This document shows positions 1 to 7,828 of a stretch of 32,000 bases of DNA, piece after piece. The stretch covers positions 16,569 to 48,568 of the forward strand of contig JAMOPY010000023.1 in the NCBI GenBank assembly GCA_027064305.1. The letters are read 5' to 3'. The position numbers and the translations under genes are program-made. Within the stretch, counting starts at the first letter, position 1; each line of letters opens with the position of its first letter. The notes under the pieces were generated by a model. The model worked only from the letters and a program-made list of their open reading frames with translations. It was not told where the DNA came from and made no database searches. Source of the stretch: Methanobacteriota archaeon (lineage in GTDB: Archaea > JAADCQ01 > Methanopyri > Methanopyrales > Methanopyraceae).

Positions 1-1
1 G

Positions 2-400
2 CTGGGCGACGTGACCACCATCTGGCACGGGGGCGCGGTCCTCCGCCTCCGCACCGGCTACCCGGACCGGGTGAAGACGGCGCGCATCCCCCTCCCCGAA
101 CGCACCCTCACCGTGGAACGACCCGTCCCCCTGGACACCCGACGAGAGCTGCCCCGACTGGACCGGAGCCGGCTCGAACCCGCGCTGGCCTACACCCAGC
201 TCCTCACCCGCCGCCCGGACCCCGACCTCGCCCTCCGCCTCGCCCGCCGGTTCGCCCGACGCCTCGGGCTGAACCCGCCCCGGAACGGCTCCATCGCCCT
301 CCTCAGCCGCACCCGGTTCCGCCCAGGGGACGAGGGGACGGGACGCCGGTTCCGCGTCTCCCTTCGGCCCTTCCCGAAACTGATATCATTGATCTCCTGA
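2..400 (+). CDS. Hypothetical protein, 3' part only (start lies upstream of the window)
   Basis: Open frame from the window edge to TGA at 398-400; residues are not the low-complexity G/A/R type typical of shadow frames here. Confidence 0.5.
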   Translation: MGDVTTIWHGGAVLRLRTGYPDRVKTARIPLPERTLTVERPVPLDTRRELPRLDRSRLEPALAYTQLLTRRPDPDLALRLARRFARRLGLNPPRNGSIALLSRTRFRPGDEGTGRRFRVSLRPFPKLISLIS

Positions 401-422
401 ACGGTGTTACGGGGTGACACCG

Positions 423-599
423 ATGTGTGAGTTCCGGGTGCGGCTGGACGGCGAGACGGTGGCCGAGGACGTGCTCTACCTGGAGGTGCAGGAGGACGGG
501 ATCCTCCTACGCGACATCACGGGCGAGGAGCGGTTCATCGAGGGCGCCCGGGTGAAGCGGGTGGACATGGACGAGCACGTGGTGGAACTGGAGCGGTAG
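423..599 (+). CDS. CooT-like small nickel-binding family protein (PF10133-type)
   Basis: 58 aa MCEFRVRLDGETVAEDVLYLEVQEDGILLRDITGEERFIEGARVKRVDMDEHVVELER matches the MC..KV....AEDV..VEV....L.D..GE...VEG.I..ID family pattern. ATG at 423 is preferred over GTG at 414. Confidence 0.75.
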   Translation: MCEFRVRLDGETVAEDVLYLEVQEDGILLRDITGEERFIEGARVKRVDMDEHVVELER

Positions 600-621
600 G
601 GCTCGGGGCTCACAGGGCTCT

Positions 622-1284
622 TCATTCGTCCCCGTCCGTCGGCCTGGAACTCCTCATCGCCCGAACCAGATCCTCCACCGCCCGCTCCGGATCCTCGGCC
701 CGGGTGACCGCCCGACCCACGATCTCGAAGTCGGCCCCGGCCTCCAACGCCGAGCCCGGCTCCGCGCCCTGAGCGCCCACGCCCGGGCTGATTATGACCT
801 TGTCGGTGAGCTCCCGCACCGCGCGCACCTGAGCCGGCCGCGTGGCCGGGGCCACGAACCCCACCACACCGTCCAGGTGCTCGCAGACCCGAACGACCTC
901 CCGGCACACCGGATCGTAGAACCGTCGCGCCCCCGGGTGGCTCATCGTCGCCACGACCACGACCGGCGCCTCCCGAGCGCACTCCCGGACGACGTCCCGG
1001 CCCACGAACCCGTGCACGATCACGGCGTCCGCGCCGCGCTCCGACACGGCGGCGACGATGCGCCGCGAGACCTCGGGAATGTCGGCCACCTTCAGGTCCA
1101 CCAGCACGAAGGACTCCCTCACCGCGCGGGCCACCTCCCGCACGCCCTCCGCGCCCGCCTCCAAAACGACGTCGTATCCGATCTTAAACCCGTCCACGCG
1201 CCCATCCAGCCGCTCCGCCAGCTCCACCGCCCGCTCCAGACCCACGTCCAGCGCCACGATGAGGCGCGTCCTCGGCTCGAACAA
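622..1284 (-). CDS. pyrF: Orotidine 5'-phosphate decarboxylase, archaeal type
   Basis: LIVALDV, FKIGYDVVLEAG, DLKVADIP, VATMSHPGA, ISPGVGAQG, IVGRAVTRAEDP motifs. TTG start at 1284 proposed; ORF is open to 1308. Confidence 0.85.
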   Translation of the reverse strand: MFEPRTRLIVALDVGLERAVELAERLDGRVDGFKIGYDVVLEAGAEGVREVARAVRESFVLVDLKVADIPEVSRRIVAAVSERGADAVIVHGFVGRDVVRECAREAPVVVVATMSHPGARRFYDPVCREVVRVCEHLDGVVGFVAPATRPAQVRAVRELTDKVIISPGVGAQGAEPGSALEAGADFEIVGRAVTRAEDPERAVEDLVRAMRSSRPTDGDE

Positions 1285-1765
1285 CCCACCGCACCCCCAC
1301 GAGCTCACCCGCGTGGTACCCGAGATCGAACGCCAGCGCGGCCACCGTCACGCCCCAGTCCAAAAGCCCCGCGAGCCACCCCACCACCACGCCCACCTTC
1401 AGGACGGGACGCAGACCCCACGGATCCCACGGATGCACCAGCTCGTCCACGGCCGCGAGCAGGGCGATCAGGAGGAGCGGGACCGCGCCCGGCCCCCGGG
1501 GAGCCAGCAGCACCGCGCCCACGGTGACCGCGACCGCGGCGACCCAATGACAGGGCTCGTCGAGCTTCCCCACCACCCCGTTCCCCAGGGTCAGCCCCAG
1601 GTAGAGCTCGGGGCCCACCCCCATAGGGACGGAGGCGACGGCGACCAGCGCGGCGAGCGCCCCGGGCAGCAGCGCGGCGCGCCGCCGACCGGCCCGATCC
1701 ACCAGGTCGTCGGCCAGCTTCAGCAGCGCCCCGGAGACCGCGGCCAGCAGCGCCCCGGTCAGCAT
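1184..1765 (-). CDS. Predicted multi-pass membrane protein, function unknown
   Basis: Hydrophobic segments; ATG at 1765 overlaps the dys stop (ATGCTGA). The C-terminal ~30 residues overlap pyrF and look out-of-frame, so the true end is uncertain. Confidence 0.6.
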   Translation of the reverse strand: MLTGALLAAVSGALLKLADDLVDRAGRRRAALLPGALAALVAVASVPMGVGPELYLGLTLGNGVVGKLDEPCHWVAAVAVTVGAVLLAPRGPGAVPLLLIALLAAVDELVHPWDPWGLRPVLKVGVVVGWLAGLLDWGVTVAALAFDLGYHAGELVGVRWVVRAEDAPHRGAGRGSGAGGGAGGAAGWARGRV

Positions 1766-2658
1766 CTCCCGATCCCCAGCCGCTGTAGGACGCCCGTTAC
1801 GAGCAGGGGGAACAGGACCGTGTAGTCGCCGATCACCGTGGCCACCTCCGCGTCCTCCCGCACCTTGTCCCAGGACTTACCCTCCTCCAGCGGCGCCCCG
1901 CTAAGGCTCCCCGTCTCCGGCCGGTCCATCGTGATCTGAACCGCGTAATCCAGCCCGCCGCGGAGCATGGCCGCGCCCATCGCGAAGTGCTTGGGCACGC
2001 TCCCCCCGAGCATGATCGCGCCCAGCTCATCCGCCTCGAACACCAGGTCGGCCAGGTGGTGCATGTCGTCCACCAGGTCCAGCTCCAGCCGGTGATCCTG
2101 CGCGTACAACCACACGTGCAGCCCGACCATCGAGTCCAGCAGGCCCGGGGAGTAGACCGGGACCCCCTCCTCGGCCGCGGCCCGCAGGAACCCGTCCTCC
2201 AATCGCCGCCCCATCTCCCAGAGCAGCTCCCGCCCCGAGACCCGCTCGGGCAGGTCCCTCAACACGCCGCGCATGAACCGCTCGAAGCGCTCGAACGCCT
2301 CCATGGGCACGTGCACGTCGTACACGCGCCCGTACCCGTCCACGTTCCTCCGACCCTTGACCACGTGCACGCCGCCCAGGGCCTCCAGCGCGTCGTGCAC
2401 GACGTTCGCCCCGGACGTGATGACCGCGTCCACCAACCCCTCCCGGATGAGCAGCTCGAACAGGTCCCGCAGCCCGCCCGCGACGGCCGGGCCGGCCACC
2501 GTCAACAGCACCGTCGCGCCCGAGTCCCACATCCGCTCGAGCACCTCCGCCGCGCGCGCCAGCCGACCCGCCCCGAGCGCCCCCACCTCGCCCATGCGCC
2601 GCAGGAAGTCGTCCACGCTCATGTCCGGATCGTACCGGAAGTGCCGCCGCTCGCTCAA
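1759..2658 (-). CDS. dys: Deoxyhypusine synthase
   Basis: RMGEVGALGAGRLARAAEVLERM, TVAGPAVAGGLRDLFELLIREGLVDAVITSGANVVHDALE, LVFEADELGAIMLGGSVPKHF, ETGSLSGAPLEEGKSWDKV. TTG at 2658 overlaps the stop of the upstream gene; ATG at 2622 is an alternative. Confidence 0.9.
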   Translation of the reverse strand: MSERRHFRYDPDMSVDDFLRRMGEVGALGAGRLARAAEVLERMWDSGATVLLTVAGPAVAGGLRDLFELLIREGLVDAVITSGANVVHDALEALGGVHVVKGRRNVDGYGRVYDVHVPMEAFERFERFMRGVLRDLPERVSGRELLWEMGRRLEDGFLRAAAEEGVPVYSPGLLDSMVGLHVWLYAQDHRLELDLVDDMHHLADLVFEADELGAIMLGGSVPKHFAMGAAMLRGGLDYAVQITMDRPETGSLSGAPLEEGKSWDKVREDAEVATVIGDYTVLFPLLVTGVLQRLGIGRC

Positions 2659-3428
2659 CCCTCCAAGAACCCCTTCAGGTACTCCCCGATCAGCCGGCAG
2701 GCCACGACCGGGGTCACGTGGGACTCCACCTCCGGGCACAGCTCCACCACGTCCAGGTGCGCGCCCGCGCGACCCGCCTCCCGCACGATCCGCGCCACCT
2801 CCTCGAACCCCAGCCCCCCGGGCTCCGGGGTGGTCACGCCGGGGGCGACCGACGGGTCCAGCGCGTCCAAATCCAGCGACACGTAGTCCGCGCGGCCCGC
2901 CGCCTCCACGGCCTCCTCCGGGGAGAGCAGCCGGAGCCGATCCGACCCCTCCAGCTCCTCCCACTCCCGCCGCGACCAGGCCCGGACGCCGACCAGACCC
3001 GCCCTTCCCACGCGCCTCAGGCAGGCGCGCAGGGCCCCGTCGTGCCGCTCCGAGGGAAGCAGGTCCGGGTGCGCGTCCAACCACAGGAGGCGGCGCGGGC
3101 GCAGCCGGGACACGGCCCGCGCGGTAACGGTGTGATCCCCACCCAGGATCAGGAAGGCCCGGGGCCGGGTGCGCGGACGGAAGTCCGGGAGGTCGCCCTC
3201 GTCCACGAGGGTCAGCTCCTCCAGCGGGTCGCCCAGGCCGGGCTCGAAGAAGTCCAGGCCGCGCGCCGCTCGACGGATCACGCCGGGGGCCCGGGCCTGG
3301 CCGCGCGGGTACCCGGGCAGCACGCGCTCCGAGGGCAGGCCGAGCACGGTGACGTCCGGGGAGCGCACGTCCGAGGGGGAGAACGAGAGGGGGAATCGGG
3401 GGCTACTCCTCCTCCTTGATCCCGACAA
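2655..3428 (-). CDS. speB: Agmatinase/arginase (ureohydrolase) family protein
   Basis: [40 protein letters not shown] binuclear-metal motifs. GTG at 3368 is an alternative start. Confidence 0.8.
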   Translation of the reverse strand: MSGSRRRSSPRFPLSFSPSDVRSPDVTVLGLPSERVLPGYPRGQARAPGVIRRAARGLDFFEPGLGDPLEELTLVDEGDLPDFRPRTRPRAFLILGGDHTVTARAVSRLRPRRLLWLDAHPDLLPSERHDGALRACLRRVGRAGLVGVRAWSRREWEELEGSDRLRLLSPEEAVEAAGRADYVSLDLDALDPSVAPGVTTPEPGGLGFEEVARIVREAGRAGAHLDVVELCPEVESHVTPVVACRLIGEYLKGFLEG

Positions 3429-3807
3429 TCTTGCGCTTGCCCGCCGCCTCCATGTACTCGACCATCACGCCCTCCTCCAGCTGCGAGGCCAGCTCCTCGT
3501 CCTCCGGCTTCGGTACCTCGAACGTCTCGTAGGTCTCCATGTCCATCAGCTGCACCGTGTCGTCCATGACCGAGATCACCTGCGCGGTCTTCCGCTCGAT
3601 CACCGGCACGTCCACCTTCGCGTCCACCGGCTTGGTGATCGTCCGCTTCTTCCCGTCGAAGAGCCCCACCGCGACGATCCGCGCCTTCGCCGACCCGTGC
3701 TTGCCCGGCGAGGACGTCGTGTACTCCACGATCTTGCAGGGCTCGTCGTCGATCATGATGTACTTGCCCTTCTTCAGCTGGCGGACCTCCACCTTCTTGA
3801 CCGCCAT
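3403..3807 (-). CDS. eif5A: Translation initiation factor aIF5A (hypusine-containing)
   Basis: 134 aa with [27 protein letters not shown], the hypusination loop (Lys in PGKHGSAK). Confidence 0.95.
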   Translation of the reverse strand: MAVKKVEVRQLKKGKYIMIDDEPCKIVEYTTSSPGKHGSAKARIVAVGLFDGKKRTITKPVDAKVDVPVIERKTAQVISVMDDTVQLMDMETYETFEVPKPEDEELASQLEEGVMVEYMEAAGKRKIVGIKEEE

Positions 3808-3846
3808 CCGGCATCCCCCGAGGGGACGCGCTCCCCGGCGGTCCCT

Positions 3847-3858
3847 TACTAATAATAC
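3847..3858. promoter_or_regulatory. Candidate shared AT-rich promoter core between aIF5A(-) and pdaD(+)
   Basis: tactaataatac in a GC-rich 75-bp divergent intergenic region, about 25 nt upstream of the pdaD start. Confidence 0.45.
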
Positions 3859-3882
3859 TCGGCCTCGGGACCGGGGGTCCCG

Positions 3883-4362
3883 ATGTCGACCGTCCGGTAC
3901 GCCCTGGTGACCGGCACCGGGCGGGCGGACACCTCCCTGGCCGCGTTCGACGCCGCGCTGCTCGACGCGGGCATCGGGAACTGGAACCTGGTAACACTCA
4001 CCAGCATCCTCCCACCGAACGCCGAGGAGGAGGACGCGCCCCCGCCCCTACCCCCCGGCGCGATCGTCCCCGCGGTCCTGGCCCGGTCCGTGGACCGGGG
4101 CCCGGTGGCCAGCTGCGTGTGCGTGGCCCGCCTCGAGTCGGGGTTCGGCATTATCGCGGAGCGATCCGACGCCTCGGACCCGGACCGGGCGGAGGAGCTG
4201 GCCCTCCGGGACGTGGAGGAGATGGCGAGGGCGCGCGGCGAGGAGATCCTCGAGGTCAAGACCGCGACCGCCTTCAACGAGCCGGAGGAGGACGAGTGGG
4301 CGGCGGCCGTATCCGCGGTCGTCCTGTGGGGGCGAATCCCCGTTGGAGTCCCTCAGGAGTGA
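3883..4362 (+). CDS. pdaD: Pyruvoyl-dependent arginine decarboxylase
   Basis: [47 protein letters not shown]; family proenzyme architecture with self-cleavage Ser at codon 4003-4005. Confidence 0.9.
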   Translation: MSTVRYALVTGTGRADTSLAAFDAALLDAGIGNWNLVTLTSILPPNAEEEDAPPPLPPGAIVPAVLARSVDRGPVASCVCVARLESGFGIIAERSDASDPDRAEELALRDVEEMARARGEEILEVKTATAFNEPEEDEWAAAVSAVVLWGRIPVGVPQE

Positions 4363-5365
4363 GCTCGAGCGGATCGTGACGGAACGGGTCCTCCCCCGCG
4401 TCCCCCGCGTCGAGCGGGGCTGGGAGAAGGTGGGGCGCGGCGCCGACGGCACCCCCACCATGCGGGTGGACGAGATCGCCGAGCGGGCCTTCCTCCGCGG
4501 GCTCGAGGACCGGGGCCTGGAGGTCCGGGTGATCAGCGAGGAGTCGGGCGAGGTGACCGTCGGGGAGGAGCCGGAGGCCACCCTGGTGCTGGACCCGCTG
4601 GACGGCTCCCACAACGCCTCGCGGGGGCTCCCCTTCTACTGCGTCTCCATCGGCCTCGCGGATCCCGAGGCCGAGTCGCTGGCGGACGTGGAGGACGGGC
4701 TCGTGATCTCGGACCTGATCACGTTCGACTCCGAGGGGGCACCGGAGGATCGCCCGAGCGGCCGTCCCACGGTCGCGATGTATTACTACGGGACCGAGCG
4801 GCTCCCCACCACCCTGCAGCGCCGGTTCAAGCTGCGGTGCCTGGGCTCCGTGGCGCTGGAGCTGGCGATGACGTGCCGCGGCATCCTCGACGGGTTCGTG
4901 GACGTGAGGGGCAGCCTCCGACCGACGGACGTGGCCGGGGCCTTCGGGCTCGGTCGAGGGGACACCGCCTTCCTGTTCTTCCGGGAGGGGAGGGAGCTAG
5001 AGCCGGAGGACGTGCCCCTGCGGCCCGACTTCCGGTTCGAGCTGGCGGCCGCCCGGGACGAGGGGTTGGCCCGGGAGCTCTACGACGGGCTGCGGCGGGA
5101 CGTGGGGCTGCGCCGGCTCCAGGCGCTGTTCGGCCGGCACCCGGAGGGGTTCGATCTCCACGGGCTGTGCGGGAAACTGGGGGAGGAGTGCGCGGAGCTC
5201 GCGCACGCGGTGGGCCGGGGCGAGGGGTACGAGGGGGAGCTGGCGGACGTGCTGGCCCTGGTCCTGAACCTCGCCAACGAGCTCGAGGTGGACCTCTTAG
5301 ACGCGCTCCAGCGCAAGTTCCGGAGGGTGTTCGAATGCCGCGAGCCCCGCGAACGGTCGGGGTGA
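4343..5365 (+). CDS. Inositol monophosphatase-family domain fused to C-terminal MazG-like nucleotide pyrophosphohydrolase-type domain
   Basis: VISEESG, LVLDPLDGSHNASRGLPFY, RPTDVAGAFGL (IMPase); LCGKLGEECAELAHAVGRGEGYEGELADVLALVLNLANELEVDLLDALQRKF (MazG-like). TTG start overlaps pdaD by 20 bp. Confidence 0.8.
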   Translation: MESLRSELERIVTERVLPRVPRVERGWEKVGRGADGTPTMRVDEIAERAFLRGLEDRGLEVRVISEESGEVTVGEEPEATLVLDPLDGSHNASRGLPFYCVSIGLADPEAESLADVEDGLVISDLITFDSEGAPEDRPSGRPTVAMYYYGTERLPTTLQRRFKLRCLGSVALELAMTCRGILDGFVDVRGSLRPTDVAGAFGLGRGDTAFLFFREGRELEPEDVPLRPDFRFELAAARDEGLARELYDGLRRDVGLRRLQALFGRHPEGFDLHGLCGKLGEECAELAHAVGRGEGYEGELADVLALVLNLANELEVDLLDALQRKFRRVFECREPRERSG

Positions 5366-6162
5366 CCGGACGCACGGACCTGGACCGGGCCCTCGAGGTC
5401 GCGCGCCTGGTCTGCCGCCTGTGCCGGGAGCACGGGCTCGAGGTCATCGCGGACGAGACGCTGGGCCTGGAACGGGTCGAGGCGACGGACCTCCGCTCGC
5501 TGGGCGAGCTCTCGGACGTGATCGTCACCGTCGGCGGCGACGGTACCATCCTCCGCGTCTCCCGCCTCACCTCCGAGCACGAGGTGCCCCTCCTGGGCGT
5601 CAACTTGGGAAAGTTCGGGTTCCTCACCGAGGTGAGCGAGCGCGAGGTCCCGGAGGCGATCCGCCGGCTGGCCGAGGGGGACTTCACGGTGGAGGAACGG
5701 GACAAGCTGCTCGTGGAGGTGGGGGAGGAGGAGCGGGAGGACGTGCTCAACGAGGTGACCGTGACCACCAGCCGACCCGCCAAGATGATCCAGTACGGGC
5801 TGATCATCGACGGGTTCGAGGTCGAGCGGGCCTGGGCCGACGGGGTGCTGGTCTCGACCCCCACGGGCTCCACGGCCTACTCCCTGTCCGCGGGCGGCCC
5901 CATCGTGGAACCGTCCGTGGAGTGCATGATCATCACCCCGCTCAACCCGTTCAAGCTCGAGGCGCGCCCCATGGTCGTCTCCCTGAACCGTCGGGTGGAA
6001 ATCGAGGTTCACGACCCCGAACGCGCCGAGGTCGTGCTCGACGGCCAGAAGTACCTGCCCTTCCGCGAGCCCGTGGTCGTGACCCGGTCCGCTCACCGGG
6101 CCCGGTTCGTGCGCTTTGACTCCTCGTACTTCGAACGCCTCCGGGAGAAGTTCCTGGGGTGA
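5335..6162 (+). CDS. nadK: NAD kinase
   Basis: VTVGGDGTILRVSRL, VPLLGVNLGKFGFLTEV, NEVTVTTSRPAKM, STPTGSTAYSLSAGGPIVEP. ATG at 5335 preceded by ggagggtg; overlaps the upstream gene. Confidence 0.93.
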   Translation: MPRAPRTVGVTGRTDLDRALEVARLVCRLCREHGLEVIADETLGLERVEATDLRSLGELSDVIVTVGGDGTILRVSRLTSEHEVPLLGVNLGKFGFLTEVSEREVPEAIRRLAEGDFTVEERDKLLVEVGEEEREDVLNEVTVTTSRPAKMIQYGLIIDGFEVERAWADGVLVSTPTGSTAYSLSAGGPIVEPSVECMIITPLNPFKLEARPMVVSLNRRVEIEVHDPERAEVVLDGQKYLPFREPVVVTRSAHRARFVRFDSSYFERLREKFLG

Positions 6163-6264
6163 GGACCGTGGGCCGCGCCCGATCCACCCTCGCCCGCCTC
6201 GGAGGCTCGATCCTACGGTTCATGATGTGCGGCCGGATCGTCCCCGCACTCTCGCGGGCGTCCC

Positions 6265-6549
6265 TCATCCTCTGGAGGCTCCTCTACCGCGAGGGACGTC
6301 GAGCGAGGATACCACCCTGAGCGCGCGCACGGCCATCCGCACGTCCTCCTCCCGAACGGTCTTCCGACCCGCGTGCCGCGCGGCGAGCACCGACAGCTCC
6401 GCCAGCATCCGACCGAGCTCCTCGATCAGCCGAAAGTACTCCTCCTTCGCCTCCATCCGCACCCCCACGACGTCCCCGCCCGCCCGGGCCGACTCCCTCA
6501 GAATCCGCTCCAGCACGTTCGTCGGCAGGTCCACCTCCATCCCAACCAC
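6265..6549 (-). CDS. Histone-fold protein, archaeal-histone-like, with short R/G-rich C-terminal tail
   Basis: AARHAGRKTVREEDVRMAVRAL closely matches the archaeal histone helix 2/3 signature (..ARHAGRKTI.AEDI.LAVR..). Alternative ATG at 6540. Confidence 0.8.
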   Translation of the reverse strand: MVGMEVDLPTNVLERILRESARAGGDVVGVRMEAKEEYFRLIEELGRMLAELSVLAARHAGRKTVREEDVRMAVRALRVVSSLDVPRGRGASRG

Positions 6550-6557
6550 CGCCCGGG

Positions 6558-6956
6558 GTGCCCCGGTTGCGATCCTACGTCCTGGACGCCTCGGCCTTCA
6601 TCAAGGGTGCCGTCCCGGACCGGGGCCGCCTCTACACCGTCCCCGAGGTCGTCGACGAGCTGCGCGACCCCCTCTCCCGCGCCCGGTTCGAGACCGCCCC
6701 CGTCCACGTCCGCGAGCCCGCAGGCTGGGCCGTCCGACGGGCCCGCAGGCGCGCCCGGCTCACCGGCGACGCGGATCGCCTCTCCATCACCGACCTAAAG
6801 GTGCTGGCGCTCGCCGTCGAACTCCGGTCCGAGGGCCGGGACGTCACCATCATCAGCTCCGACTACGCGCTTCAGAACGTCGCGAGATCCCTGAAGCTCG
6901 ACGTCTACGGCCCCGTGCACGGGGAGATAAGGGAGGTAAGGGGACCGACCCGATGA
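6558..6956 (+). CDS. PIN-domain protein, Nob1-like, without a C-terminal zinc ribbon
   Basis: YVLDASAFIKG, TVPEVVDELRD, LSITDLKVLALAVEL, TIISSDYALQNVARSLKL motifs. Confidence 0.8.
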   Translation: MPRLRSYVLDASAFIKGAVPDRGRLYTVPEVVDELRDPLSRARFETAPVHVREPAGWAVRRARRRARLTGDADRLSITDLKVLALAVELRSEGRDVTIISSDYALQNVARSLKLDVYGPVHGEIREVRGPTR

Positions 6957-7813
6957 ACACCGTCGGCATCACCACCACCGTCACCGTGGCCGGGCTCACC
7001 GGGACCAAGCGGGTCACCGCCCGCGTGGACACCGGCGCCCGCTACGACGCCCTCGACTACACCCTCGCCGCCAAGATCGGGGCCGGCCCCGTCCTCGACG
7101 TCAAGAAGATCCGCTCCGCCACCGCCTCCCGCCTCAAGGCCGAGCGCCGACCCGTCGTTCCCCTCACCCTCAAGCTCGGCGACCGGCTCGTGCACACCCG
7201 CGCCACCCTCGCCGACCGCCGTGGGATGAGGTACCCGCTCATCATCGGCCGCGAGACCCTCCGCCGGGCCGGCGTCCTCGTCGACCCCACCCGACGATCC
7301 ACCGGGCGGGACGAGCGGGACCGCGACCCCGGGCGACGGGCCGCCAGCATGCTGCGCCTGCACACCGAGCTGCGCCGCGCGGTCCCGAAGGAGCGCGCCA
7401 TCACCCCAGCCATCCTGGCCCTACAGCACGGCGGCGCCTGGTCCTACCGGGACGAGGACGTCGTCTCCGTCGCCGTGCCCGTCCGGGAGGAGCGGGACGG
7501 GGTCGTGATCGAGCGACTGTACCTGCTCCTAGACCCGCGGATCGAGCGCTCCGAGGGCCGCATCGTCCGGCTGGAGAAGTGCGGCGAGGAGGACGTGCGA
7601 CGGGTGGCCGAGCGCCCCCGACTCCTGGAGGTCCGCCACGAGGGCGGGGCCACCGTGCGCATCGACCCCCACCGCCGCACCCTCCGCGTCACCCGGCTCG
7701 AGCCCGGCCGGATCACCTTCCGAGGCACCGCCGCGGCCAACGTCCACCACGAGCTCGCCCACCTCACGGAGGAGGAGCCCGGCCCCACCATCCTGGACTT
7801 CAAGATCGAGTGA
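6953..7813 (+). CDS. COG4067/retropepsin-like aspartic protease domain fused to a divergent peptide-deformylase-like metallohydrolase domain
   Basis: N-term TARVDTGARYDAL and LADRRGMRYPLIIGRETLRRAGVLVDPTR. C-term LALQ..., RLYLLLDPRIERSEG...EKCGEE...ERPRLLEV, NVHHELAHL...ILDF parallels deformylase Q / EGCLS / HExxH motifs. ATGA overlap with the PIN gene. Confidence 0.75.
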   Translation: MNTVGITTTVTVAGLTGTKRVTARVDTGARYDALDYTLAAKIGAGPVLDVKKIRSATASRLKAERRPVVPLTLKLGDRLVHTRATLADRRGMRYPLIIGRETLRRAGVLVDPTRRSTGRDERDRDPGRRAASMLRLHTELRRAVPKERAITPAILALQHGGAWSYRDEDVVSVAVPVREERDGVVIERLYLLLDPRIERSEGRIVRLEKCGEEDVRRVAERPRLLEVRHEGGATVRIDPHRRTLRVTRLEPGRITFRGTAAANVHHELAHLTEEEPGPTILDFKIE

Positions 7814-7828
7814 CGGGAGGGCCTCGCG

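Noticed and set aside
2659-3084. N-terminal extension of the dys ORF (441-aa track entry)
   Set aside because: Lies out of frame inside the agmatinase gene and is a G/R/A repeat-like translation; the deoxyhypusine synthase begins at 2658 or 2622.
6168-6320. 50-aa plus-strand ORF (GTG 6168 to TGA 6320) after nadK
   Set aside because: Overlaps the histone-fold gene antisense by ~55 bp and has no family features; not supported beyond chance in this GC content.
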